Part shown: positions 38,323 through 49,435 of the stretch, piece after piece | Layout: every line of letters starts with the position of its first letter | Position numbering within the stretch: position 1 is the stretch's first letter | Source: Octopus vulgaris | Taxonomy: Eukaryota | Assembly: GCA_951406725.2 (NCBI GenBank) | Contig: OX597841.1 | Span: 9,424,001 to 9,488,000, forward strand | Length of the DNA stretch: 64,000 nt | Reading direction: 5' to 3' | Position numbers and translations under genes: made by a program | Notes under the pieces: generated by a model | Databases searched by the model: none | What the model saw: only the letters and a program-made list of their open reading frames with translations | What the model was told of the DNA's origin: nothing

Positions 38323-38795
38323 GGCAAACTGGAAACAAATTGAGAAAGAGATCCTCAAACAAAACTGGCCTAAATGTCTCTCCTCGCCAGACATCGACGT
38401 GAAACTTCAACAATTCATGTCTGTAATGCAAGCCATATGCTACAAATGTGTCCCAGAGAGAAAGGCCACTGTACACAAGAACAAAATCCCCAGAGAGAGG
38501 AAAATTTTAATGAGACGGCGTACAAAATTTTCAAATCGCCTAAGCAAACAGATTGAAAGCAGTGAAAAGTCCCGCCTAAAAATAAAACTGTTGGAAATCG
38601 AAAAATGTCTGCAACTCTCTCATGAAAAAGAAAGAGCAGACAAAGAAGCCTGGGCTATAGACAACATAAAATCTAACCCCAGAGCTTTCTACAGGTATGC
38701 CAAAGAAACAGCTATGGTGCACTGTAGAATAGGGCCACTCCTCGAAAAGGATGGCACACTTACAGGAAAACCAATGAGGGTAAGTGAAATACTGA

Positions 38796-40528
38796 ATGAG
38801 CAATTCAAGAGTGTTTTCACTCCACCCCTTGGGCATCTCCAAATCACCAATCCAACTGACTTTTTTTACCACTGCAGATATAAAATCAGAGGCGGCGACG
38901 ATAGATTACATCGATATAAAGGAAGACGATGTAATCAAGGCTATAGATGAAATGAAAACAGACTCAGCTACTGGCCCCGATGGATTCCCGGCAATCCTCC
39001 TAAAAGCATGTAAGAGAGTCCTAGCAAGACCACTGCAGTTCCTCTTTCAGAGCTTCCTTGCAGCTGGCAAACTTCCAAGAAAACTGAAGGAAGGTAAAAT
39101 ATGCCCCATTCATAAAGGAGGTAGCAGAGCGGAAGCCAAGAACTACAGACCTATCTCTCTGACCTCACACATCAGCAAGGTCATGGAACGAATAGTCAGA
39201 AGGAAGCTGATCACCTTCTTGAAGAGAATGACTTGCTGCCCGACACCCAACATGGTTTCCGACCAGGGAGAAGCTGTTTAACTCAGCTCCTACAACACTA
39301 TGACTGGGTGCTGAAACGGCTGCTCAACCACTCAAATGTGGAAGTGATATATCTCGACTTTGCAAAGGCCTTTGATAAAGTCGATCATGGAATGATATGT
39401 CACAAACTGCGTGATCTCAACATAGTTGGAAAACTGGGAGAATGGCTCCATGACTTTCTGAAAGATAGAAGTCAGGTGGTAGTAGCCAATGGGGCCACTT
39501 CCATTAACACGCAAATAGTGAGCGGTGTCCCGCAGGGCACTGTTCTGGGACCACTACTGTTCATAATGGCCCTCTCAGACATGCCCTCAGCCACGCAAAG
39601 AGCCACGATCACAAGTTATGCAGATGATACAAAAGTTTCACAGGCAATACAGAACCCTGAGGACACTAAGCACCTGCAATGTGAGCTGGACAAAATATAC
39701 AAGTGGGCTGAAAAGAATAGCATGCAGTTCAATGCTGAAAAGTTTCAAGCTCTATACTATCAGCATGCAAAACTAAATGCAATACCCAATGAATACACCG
39801 GACCCGGAGGAATAGCAATCCCAGAGGCACAATCAGTGCGTGACCTAGGTATTTACATGAGTGATGACGCGACCTTTCGTGTACATGTTGCTAAATTGGC
39901 AATGAAATGTAGAAGACTGGCCGGATGGATCCTCAGAACCTTTAGAACAAGAGAACAAGAAACCATGATGGTCCTCTGGAGGACACTTGTCCTAAGCCAC
40001 TTTGACTACTGCTCTCAGTTATGGTCACCATCCAGTGTCAAGTTGATCACAGAGCTCGAGGCGATCCAACGTAGCTACACGAAGAAGATAGCCTCTATGC
40101 AGAATGTAAGCTACTGGGAAAGACTGAAGAGATTAAAACTGTATTCCCTGGAGCGTAGGCGGGAAAGATATGCCATAATATACATCTGGAAGATCCTGGA
40201 GGGACGTGTCCTAAACTTTGGCATCGAGAGTTACGCAAATGCCAGAACTGGGCGCCACTGCGTGGTGCCTAGGACTCCAAACTCGCCATCAAGATGTAGG
40301 ACAAGATTCTGTGATAGCCTGGGCTTCCGAGGCCCACAGCTCTTCAATATCCTCCCGAAGAACCTGAGAGACCTGCATGGGGTGGATGCAGATGTCTTTA
40401 AAATGAAACTGGATCTCTTCCTGTCAGGTGTCCCAGATGAACCAACTTCACGGCAGGAGGTGCAGATGAGGGCAGCTGCATCGAACTCTCTCATGCACCA
40501 AATGGCAGTTGCTAAAAAGCTTTCGTGA
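38796..40528 (+). pseudogene. RT part of ORF2 (copy 7), frameshifted
   Basis: Split into 161-aa and 431-aa ORFs. Confidence 0.9.
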
Positions 40529-40836
40529 AGTAAAACCAAGTAGCAACACCAAATGGCGGTGCCCCAGCATGGCCACAGCTCATAAGCTGAAACTAGAATC
40601 AATCGATCAATCAATCAATCATGTCTCCAAAAAAGATTTTTCGTTTCATGTTCGTCTCTGTTGCGTTGCATTCTTTCCTTCTGTGGCTGGCTGATTCGGA
40701 GCGGATCTCAGAATTGAACGGCCGAAATCTGCGATGAGGGATCAGTTTCTGACTGAAGAATGAAGGCTTTGAATGACCCGTTTGTCTTTTTGTTCGTCCC
40801 TTCGTGTATTTCACGTTATTTATTTATGTAAATGTT

Positions 40837-40880
<44 letters not shown>

Positions 40881-41616
40881 ATGTATGTATATATGTATGT
40901 ATGTATGTATGTATATATATATATGTGTGTATGTATATATATATGTGTGTGTGTATGTATATATATATATGTGTGTGTGTGTATGTATATATGTGTGTGT
41001 ATGTATATATGTATGTGTGTGTGTATGTATATATATATATGTGTGTATGTATATATATGTGTGTTTGTGTGTGTATGTATATATATGTGTGTGTGTGTGT
41101 GTAAGTATATACATGTGTGTTTGTGTGTGTGTGTATGTATATATGTGTGTGTGTGTGTATGTATATATATGTGTGTGTGTGCATGTATATATATGTGTGT
41201 GTGTATGTGTATATATGCGTGTGTGTATGTATATATATATATATATGTTATTATTTATTTATCTAAAGGCTTATTATATACATATATATATATATGTGTG
41301 TGTGTGTATATATATATATATATGTTATTATTTATTTATCTAAAGGTTTATTATATACATATATATATATATGTGTGTATGTATATATATGTGTGTGTGT
41401 ATGTGTATATATATATATATATGTGTTATTATTTAATTATCTAAAAGTTATTATATACATATATATATATATGTATGTGTGTATGTATATATGTGTGTGT
41501 GTGTATGTATATATGTTTGTGTGTGCATGTATATATATGTGTGTGTGTATGTATATATATATATATATGTTATTATTTATTTATCCAAAGGTTTATTATA
41601 TACATATATATATATA

Positions 41617-41647
<31 letters not shown>

Positions 41648-42601
41648 GTTATTATTTATTTATCTAAAGGTTTATTATATACATATATATATATATGTAT
41701 GTGTGTATGTATATATATGTGTGTGTGTATGTATATATATATATATATATGTTATTATTTATTTATGTAAAGGTTTATTATATACATATATATATATATG
41801 TATGTGTGTATGTATATATATGTGTGTGTGTGTATGTATATATATGTGTGTGTGTGTTTCATGTTCGTCTCTGTTGCGTTGCATTCTTTCCTTCTGTGGC
41901 TGGCTGATTCGGAGCGGATCTCAGAATTAAACAGCCGAAATCTGCGATGAGGGATCAGTTTCTGACTGAGGATGAAGGCTTTGAATGACCCGTTTGTCTT
42001 TTTGTTCGTCCCTTCGTGTATTTCACGTTATTTATTTATGTAAAGGTTTATTATATATTTCGCAGCGTACGTGCATAATAACTTCTTTATGTTTATCATA
42101 TCAAAACCCCTGCACGATGTCTTTAAACTATTTTCTTTCCTTCGCCATTGCTTCGTTGCCAAATTGTTTTGGCGCCTTTTTCTCCCAGCCTCTCTGATTC
42201 CTTCTCTCCCTCTCTCTCTTGATCACTGCTTCTTCTCTGATTCCTTCTCTCCCTCTCTCTCTCTCGGTCACTGCTTCTGTCCTCGCCTTCTACCCTCCTT
42301 GGTCCCCTCTCTCTCTTAGCCCCTCCTCTCTCTTACCCTCTTGCGACTTGCTGCCTCAGCCATTCTCTTTCCATCGGCCACTTGTTCAACATGTGTCTTA
42401 TCACCGAAAAGGTAATTATTTTTCCACGCTTGCTGATATTGTTTTTGTGTCTCTCTTTTTGTGTTAAAGCCATAGGGCGCCTGTGTCATCCATGTTTTTA
42501 ACCGTTACCGGTCGCACATTGGCGCACTTGATGCCATCTTTGAGAACGAGCGGGGCAAAGATGGCAAGAATGGAGACGATGAAAGAAGTCACCCCCACCT
42601 G

Positions 42602-43237
42602 GTGGATTCCCGGGAGGAGGTTTTGAGTGAGAAACCTGCCCGGGTAGTGATCCCAGGTGCAAGTTCTCCAACCGGCAGCAAGGGCCATGGAGACGGAGAA
42701 CCCGGTGAAGAGGTAGAGGGAGGAGGAAGAACTAAAAGAAGGACTGGAAGAGCTAAAGGAAAAGCTCAAGCAGGACCAAAGGGTGAAACAACCAGGAATA
42801 GAAGTGGAACCGCAAAAGATGGAAACAAACAGCGCACACGGGTGTGTAGGTTCTACCTGAGAGGTTCCTGCTGGCATGGAAAGCAAGGTGCAGGCTGCCG
42901 CTTTGCACATCGGGGACCCTGCCACAGAGACACGAGGCAGATGGACAAACCATCAACACAAGGAAAAAGGATGGACCACGCACCACCTGCCCCAAAGCGG
43001 AGGTACGCAGATGTTGTGCGTGCCACAAACCGCCAACATGATGTTGTCGAAAGGGCAGCTGCTGAGCAACAATCTTTTTTGTGCATGGCACAAAAGATTG
43101 TACAGCAGCTGACCTGGCTTCATCAAACCCAAGCCCGCAGGTGGGACTACCCACTATATACAAGACCACCACAGCAAACAGACCCAGGATGGACACCGCC
43201 GGCAACAACGTACACCTCACCTCGATGCTCCTACTGA
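42602..43237 (+). CDS. LINE ORF1-like protein, CCCH finger (copy 8)
   Basis: As copy 3. Confidence 0.65.
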   Translation: MDSREEVLSEKPARVVIPGASSPTGSKGHGDGEPGEEVEGGGRTKRRTGRAKGKAQAGPKGETTRNRSGTAKDGNKQRTRVCRFYLRGSCWHGKQGAGCRFAHRGPCHRDTRQMDKPSTQGKRMDHAPPAPKRRYADVVRATNRQHDVVERAAAEQQSFLCMAQKIVQQLTWLHQTQARRWDYPLYTRPPQQTDPGWTPPATTYTSPRCSY

Positions 43238-43959
43238 ACATCAGAGGGCTGCAAACACTCAGTAACAGGACAAAAATCCCGTTCCTGACAGACTTTGTTG
43301 CATGCAATCAAGCCTTATGCATAGCACTTACGGAAACGCACCTGAAACCGGACATAGCAGATGCGGAGTTACACATACCACAGTATGCTGTACTACGGAC
43401 CGACAGAAAAGAAAGGAGTCATGGAGGTGTTGCTATGTACATCCGTGAGGACCTCACACCCCAGGTCCTCTTGTCATACTCAAACTCGGTGTGTGACACA
43501 CTAATTGTACATATTAGGCAACTTGATGTAGTTGTGTGTGCTACATATCGCCCTCCAGATGCCCCAAGCCATGTGGGCAAGTTTGAAGACTGCCTTATAA
43601 AAATAGAAGAAGTTCTAACCACATTAGAACAACACATAAGTGTACTTCTTATGGGAGACTTCAATCTGCCCAGTGTCAGATGGCCCGAGGGCCTTTCTCT
43701 CCCAGGAATGACAAGATGTGAACGAGGACAGGCGAGGTCCCTCCTGAACCTCATCAACACCCTGTACATGGAGCAGGTAATACTCCAACCAACCAGGGCA
43801 GGTAACACACTGGATCTCTGCTTCACAAATGACATGGATCTCATCTATAATGTGAAAGTGACACCGACACTACTCTCGGATCACAACATGATAGAGCTGA
43901 CCAAAAGAGTACGGGCCAAAAGAGAGCACGGACATGCAGCCTACAAGAAACCCTCATAA
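43189..43959 (+). pseudogene. APE endonuclease part of ORF2 (copy 8)
   Basis: As copy 3, with a slightly earlier TAA. Confidence 0.9.
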
Positions 43960-44455
43960 TCTTTCCAGCTTGAACTACCATAAGGCAAACTGGAAACAAA
44001 TTGAGAAAGAGATCCTCAAACAAAACTGGCCTAAATGTCTCTCCTCGCCAGACATCGACGTGAAACTTCAACAATTCATGTCTGTAATGCAAGCCATATG
44101 CTACAAATGTGTCCCAGAGAGAAAGGCCACTGTACACAAGAACAAAATCCCCAGAGAGAGGAAAATTTTAATGAGACGGCGTACAAAATTTTCAAATCGC
44201 CTAAGCAAACAGATTGAAAGCAGTGAAAAGTCCCGCCTAAAAATAAAACTGTTGGAAATCGAAAAATGTCTGCAACTCTCTCATGAAAAGAAAGAGCAGA
44301 CAAAGAAGCCTGGGCTATAGACAACATAAAATCTAACCCCAGAGCTTTCTACATGTATGCCAAAGAAACAGCTACGGTGCACTGTAGAATAGGGCCACTC
44401 CTCGAAAAGGATGGCACACTTACAGGAAAACCAATGAGGGTAAGTGAAATACTGA

Positions 44456-46189
44456 ATGAGCAATTCAAGAGTGTTTTCACTCCACCCCTTGGGCATCTCC
44501 AAATCACCAATCCAACTGACTTTTTTTACCACTGCAGATATAAAATCAGAGGCGGCGACGATAGATTACATCGATATAAAGGAAGACGATGTAATCAAGG
44601 CTATAGATGAAATGAAAACAGACTCAGCTACTGGCCCCGATGGATTCCCGGCAATCCTCCTAAAAGCATGTAAGAGAGTCCTAGCAAGACCACTGCAGTT
44701 CCTCTTTCAGAGCTTCCTTGCAGCTGGCAAACTTCCAAGAAAACTGAAGGAAGGTAAAATATGCCCCATTCATAAAGGAGGTAGCAGAGCGGAAGCCAAG
44801 AACTACAGACCTATCTCTCTGACCTCACACATCAGCAAGGTCATGGAACGAATAGTCAGAAGGAAGCTGATCACCTTCCTTGAAGAGAATGACTTGCTGC
44901 CCGACACCCAACATGGTTTCCGACCAGGGAGAAGCTGTTTAACTCAGCTCCTACAACACTATGACTGGGTGCTGAAACGGCTGCTCAACCACTCAAATGT
45001 GGAAGTGATATATCTCGACTTTGCAAAGGCCTTTGATAAAGTCGATCATGGAATGATATGTCACAAACTGCGTGATCTCAACATAGTTGGAAAACTGGGA
45101 GAATGGCTCCATGACTTTCTGAAAGATAGAAGTCAGGTGGTAGTAGCCAATGGGGCCACTTCCATTAACACGCAAATAGTGAGCGGTGTCCCGCAGGGCA
45201 CTGTTCTGGGACCACTACTGTTCATAATGGCCCTCTCAGACATGCCCTCAGCCACGCAGAGAGCCACGATCACAAGTTATGCAGATGATACAAAAGTTTC
45301 ACAGGCAATACAGAACCCTGAGGACACTAAGCACCTGCAATGTGAGCTGGACAAAATATACAAGTGGGCTGAAAAGAATAGCATGCAGTTCAATGCTGAA
45401 AAGTTTCAAGCTCTATACTATCAGCATGCAAAACTAAATGCAATACCCAATGAATACACCGGACCCGGAGGAATAGCAATCCCAGAGGCACAATCAGTGC
45501 GTGACCTAGGTATTTACATGAGTGATGACGCGACCTTTCGTGTACATGTTGCTAAATTGGCAATGAAATGTAGAAGACTGGCCGGATGGATCCTCAGAAC
45601 CTTTAGAACAAGAGAACAAGAAACCATGATGGTCCTCTGGAGGACACTTGTCCTAAGCCACTTTGACTACTGCTCTCAGTTATGGTCACCATCCAGTGTC
45701 AAGTTGATCACAGAGCTCGAGGCGATCCAACGTAGCTACACGAAGAAGATAGCCTCTATGCAGAATGTAAGCTACTGGGAAAGACTGAAGAGATTAAAAC
45801 TGTATTCCCTGGAGCGTAGGCGGGAAAGATATGCCATAATATACATCTGGAAGATCCTGGAGGGACGTGTCCTAAACTTTGGCATCGAGAGTTACGCAAA
45901 TGCCAGAACTGGGCGCCACTGCGTGGTGCCTAGGACTCCAAACTCGCCATCAAGATGTAGGACAAGATTCTGTGATAGCCTGGGCTTCCGAGGCCCACAG
46001 CTCTTCAATATCCTCCCGAAGAACCTGAGAGACCTGCATGGGGTGGATGCAGATGTCTTTAAAATGAAACTGGATCTCTTCCTGTCAGGTGTCCCAGATG
46101 AACCAACTTCACGGCAGGAGGTGCAGATGAGGGCAGCTGCATCGAACTCTCTCATGCACCAAATGGCAGTTGCTAAAAAGCTTTCGTGA
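44456..46189 (+). CDS. Non-LTR reverse transcriptase (copy 8)
   Basis: Same 577-aa ORF. Confidence 0.93.
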   Translation: MSNSRVFSLHPLGISKSPIQLTFFTTADIKSEAATIDYIDIKEDDVIKAIDEMKTDSATGPDGFPAILLKACKRVLARPLQFLFQSFLAAGKLPRKLKEGKICPIHKGGSRAEAKNYRPISLTSHISKVMERIVRRKLITFLEENDLLPDTQHGFRPGRSCLTQLLQHYDWVLKRLLNHSNVEVIYLDFAKAFDKVDHGMICHKLRDLNIVGKLGEWLHDFLKDRSQVVVANGATSINTQIVSGVPQGTVLGPLLFIMALSDMPSATQRATITSYADDTKVSQAIQNPEDTKHLQCELDKIYKWAEKNSMQFNAEKFQALYYQHAKLNAIPNEYTGPGGIAIPEAQSVRDLGIYMSDDATFRVHVAKLAMKCRRLAGWILRTFRTREQETMMVLWRTLVLSHFDYCSQLWSPSSVKLITELEAIQRSYTKKIASMQNVSYWERLKRLKLYSLERRRERYAIIYIWKILEGRVLNFGIESYANARTGRHCVVPRTPNSPSRCRTRFCDSLGFRGPQLFNILPKNLRDLHGVDADVFKMKLDLFLSGVPDEPTSRQEVQMRAAASNSLMHQMAVAKKLS

Positions 46190-46941
46190 AGTAAAACCAA
46201 GTAGCAACACCAAATGGCGGTGCCCCAGCATGGCCACAGCTCATAAGCTGAAACTAGAATCAATCGATCAATCAATCAATCATGTCTCCAAAAAAGATTT
46301 TTCGTTTCATGTTCGTCTCTGTTGCGTTGCATTCTTTCCTTCTGTGGCTGGCTGATTCGGAGCGGATCTCAGAATTGAACGGCCGAAATCTGCGATGAGG
46401 GATCAGTTTCTGACTGAAGAATGAAGGCTTTGAATGACCCGTTTGTCTTTTTGTTCGTCCCTTCGTGTATTTCACGTTATTTATTTATGTAAATGTTTAT
46501 TATATATATATATATATTATATATATATATATATATGTGTATGTATGTATATATGTATGTATGTATGTATGTATATATATATATGTGTGTATGTATATAT
46601 ATATGTGTGTGTGTATGTATATGTGTGTGTGTGTGTATATATATGTATGTGTGTGTGTGTATGTGTGTATGTATATATATATATGTGTGTATGTATATAT
46701 ATATGTGTGTTTGTGTGTGTATGTATATATATGTGTGTGTGTGTGTGTAAGTATATATATGTGTGTGTGTTGTGTGTGTGTGTATGTATATATGTGTGTG
46801 TGTGTGTATGTATATATATGTGTGTGTGTGCATGTATATATATGTGTGTGTGTATGTGTATATATGCGTGTGTATGTATATATATATATATATGTTATTA
46901 TTTATTTATCTAAAGGCTTATTATATACATATATATATATA

Positions 46942-46972
<31 letters not shown>

Positions 46973-47269
46973 GTTATTATTTATTTATCTAAAGGTTTAT
47001 TATATACATATATATATATATGTGTGTATGTATATATATGTGTGTGTGTATGTGTATATATATATATATATATGTGTTATTATTTAATTATCTAAAAGTT
47101 ATTATATACATATATATATATATGTATGTGTGTATGTATATATGTGTGTGTGTGTGTATGTATATATGTTTGTGTGTGCATGTATATATATGTGTGTGTG
47201 TATGTATATATATATATATATGTTATTATTTATTTATCCAAAGGTTTATTATATACATATATATATATA

Positions 47270-47300
<31 letters not shown>

Positions 47301-47733
47301 GTTATTATTTATTTATCTAAAGGTTTATTATATACATATATATATATATGTATGTGTGTATGTATATATATGTGTGTGTGTATGTATATATATATATATA
47401 TATGTTATTATTTATTTATGTAAAGGTTTATTATATACATATATATATATATGTATGTGTGTATGTATATATATGTGTGTGTGTATGTATATATATGTGT
47501 GTGTGTGTATGTATATATATGTGTGTGTGTGTTTCATGTTCGTCTCTGTTGCGTTGCATTCTTTCCTTCTGTGGCTGGCTGATTCGGAGCGGATCTCAGA
47601 ATTAAACAGCCGAAATCTGCGATGAGGGATCAGTTTCTGACTGAGGATGAAGGCTTTGAATGACCCGTTTGTCTTTTTGTTCGTCCCTTCGTGTATTTCA
47701 CGTTAGTTATTTATGTAAAGGTTTATTATATAT

Positions 47734-49278
47734 TTCGCAGCGTACGTGCATAATAACTTCTTTATGTTTATCATATCAAAACCCCTGCACGATGTCTTTA
47801 AACTATTTTCTTTCCTTCGCCATTGCTTCGTTGCCAAATTGTTTTGGCGCCTTTTTCTCCCAGCCTCTCTGATTCCTTCTCTCCCTCTCTCTCTTGATCA
47901 CTGCTTCTTCTCTGATTCCTTCTCTCCCTCTCTCTCTCTCGGTCACTGCTTCTGTCCTCGCCTTCTACCCTCCTTGGTCCCCTCTCTCTCTTAGCCCCTC
48001 CTCTCTCTTACCCTCTTGCGACTTGCTGCCTCAGCCATTCTCTTTCCATCGGCCACTTGTTCAACATGTGTCTTATCACCGAAAAGGTAATTATTTTTCC
48101 ACGCTTGCTGATATTGTTTCTGTGTCTCTCTTTTTGTGTTAAAGCCATAGGGCGCCTGTGTCATCCATGTTTTTAACCGTTACTGTTTTTAACCGTTACC
48201 GGTCGCACATTGGCGCACTTGATGCCATCTTTGAGAACGAGCGGGGCAAAGATGGCAAGAATGGAGACGATGAAAGAAGTCACCCCCACCTGGTGGATTT
48301 CCGGGAGGAGGTTTTGAGTGAGAAACCTGCCCGGGAACTGATCCCAGGTGCAAGTTCTCCAACCGGCAGCAAGGGCCATGGAGACGGAGAACCCGGTGAA
48401 GAGGTAGAGGGAGGAGGAAGAACTAAAAGAAGGACTGGAAGAGCTAAAGGAAAAGCTCAAGCAGGACCAAAGGGTGAAACAACCAGGAATAGAAGTGGAA
48501 CCGCAAAAGATGGAAACAAACAGCGCACACGGGTGTGTAGGTTCTACCTGAGAGGTTCCTGCTGGCATGGAAAGCAAGGTGCAGGCTGCCGCTTTGCACA
48601 TCGGGGACCCTGCCACAGAGACACGAGGCAGATGGACAAACCATCAACACAAGGAAAAAGGATGGACCACGCACCACCTGCCCCAAAGCGGAGGTACGCA
48701 GATGTTGTGCGTGCCACAAACCGCCAACATGATGTTGTCGAAAGGGCAGCTGCTGAGCAACAATCTTTTTTGTGCATGGCACAAAAGATTGTACAGCAGC
48801 TGACCTGGCTTCATCAAACCCAAGCCCGCAGGTGGGACTACCCACTATATACAAGACCACCACAGCAAACAGACCCAGGATGGACACACCGGCAACAACG
48901 TACACCTCACCTCGATGCTCCGACTGAACATCAGAGGGCTGCAAACACTCAGTAACAGGACAAAAATCCCGTTCCTGAGAGACTTTGTTGCATGCAATCA
49001 AGCCTTATGCATAGCACTTACGGAAACGCACCTGAAACCGGACATAGCAGATGCGGAGTTACACATACCACAGTATGCTGTACTACGGACCGACAGAAAA
49101 GAAAGGAGTCATGGAGGTGTTGCTATGTACATCCGTGAGGACCTCACACCCCAGGTCCTCTTGTCATACTCAAACTCGGTGTGTGACACACTAATTGTAC
49201 ATATTAGGCAACTTGATGTAGTTGTGTGTGCTACATATCGCCCTCCAGATGCCCCAAGCCATGTGGGCAAGTTTGAAG
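47734..49278 (+). mobile_element. CR1-group LINE, array copy 9, 3'-truncated within the endonuclease
   Basis: Sequence follows the LINE to ...GGCAAGTTTGAAG, then jumps into module B (AGCGGATCTC). Confidence 0.92.
48167..48955 (+). CDS. LINE ORF1 variant with ATG start created by a 16-bp duplication (copy 9)
   Basis: TGTTTTTAACCGTTAC is tandemly duplicated at 48168-48199. The C-terminus is shifted by a deletion near 48887. Confidence 0.5.
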   Translation: MFLTVTVFNRYRSHIGALDAIFENERGKDGKNGDDERSHPHLVDFREEVLSEKPARELIPGASSPTGSKGHGDGEPGEEVEGGGRTKRRTGRAKGKAQAGPKGETTRNRSGTAKDGNKQRTRVCRFYLRGSCWHGKQGAGCRFAHRGPCHRDTRQMDKPSTQGKRMDHAPPAPKRRYADVVRATNRQHDVVERAAAEQQSFLCMAQKIVQQLTWLHQTQARRWDYPLYTRPPQQTDPGWTHRQQRTPHLDAPTEHQRAANTQ

Positions 49279-49435
49279 CGGATCTCAGAATTGAACGGCC
49301 GAAATCTGCGATGAGGGATCAGTTTCTGACTGAAGAATGAAGGCTTTGAATGACCCGTTTGTCTTTTTGTTCGTCCCTTCGTGTATTTCACGTTATTTAT
49401 TTTTAAATAAAAGAATTTATAAAGATGAAGTATGA

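Larger units (their letters stand above)
36402..40621 (+). mobile_element. CR1-group LINE, array copy 7
   Basis: Same organisation. 1-bp deletions near 37415 (ORF1) and 39217 (RT). Confidence 0.93.
42059..46282 (+). mobile_element. CR1-group LINE, array copy 8
   Basis: Same organisation. A 1-bp deletion near 44288 breaks the linker ORF; the RT ORF is intact. Confidence 0.93.
1..49400 (+). repeat. Tandem macro-array (~5.66 kb period) of spacer + module A + CR1-group LINE + module B; open at the left window edge
   Basis: Module A starts at 841, 7095, 12768, 18434, 24878, 30538, 36200, 41857 and 47532. Six of the eight spacings are 5657-5675 bp. Near-identical ORF sets recur in the ORF track. 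Confidence 0.97.
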
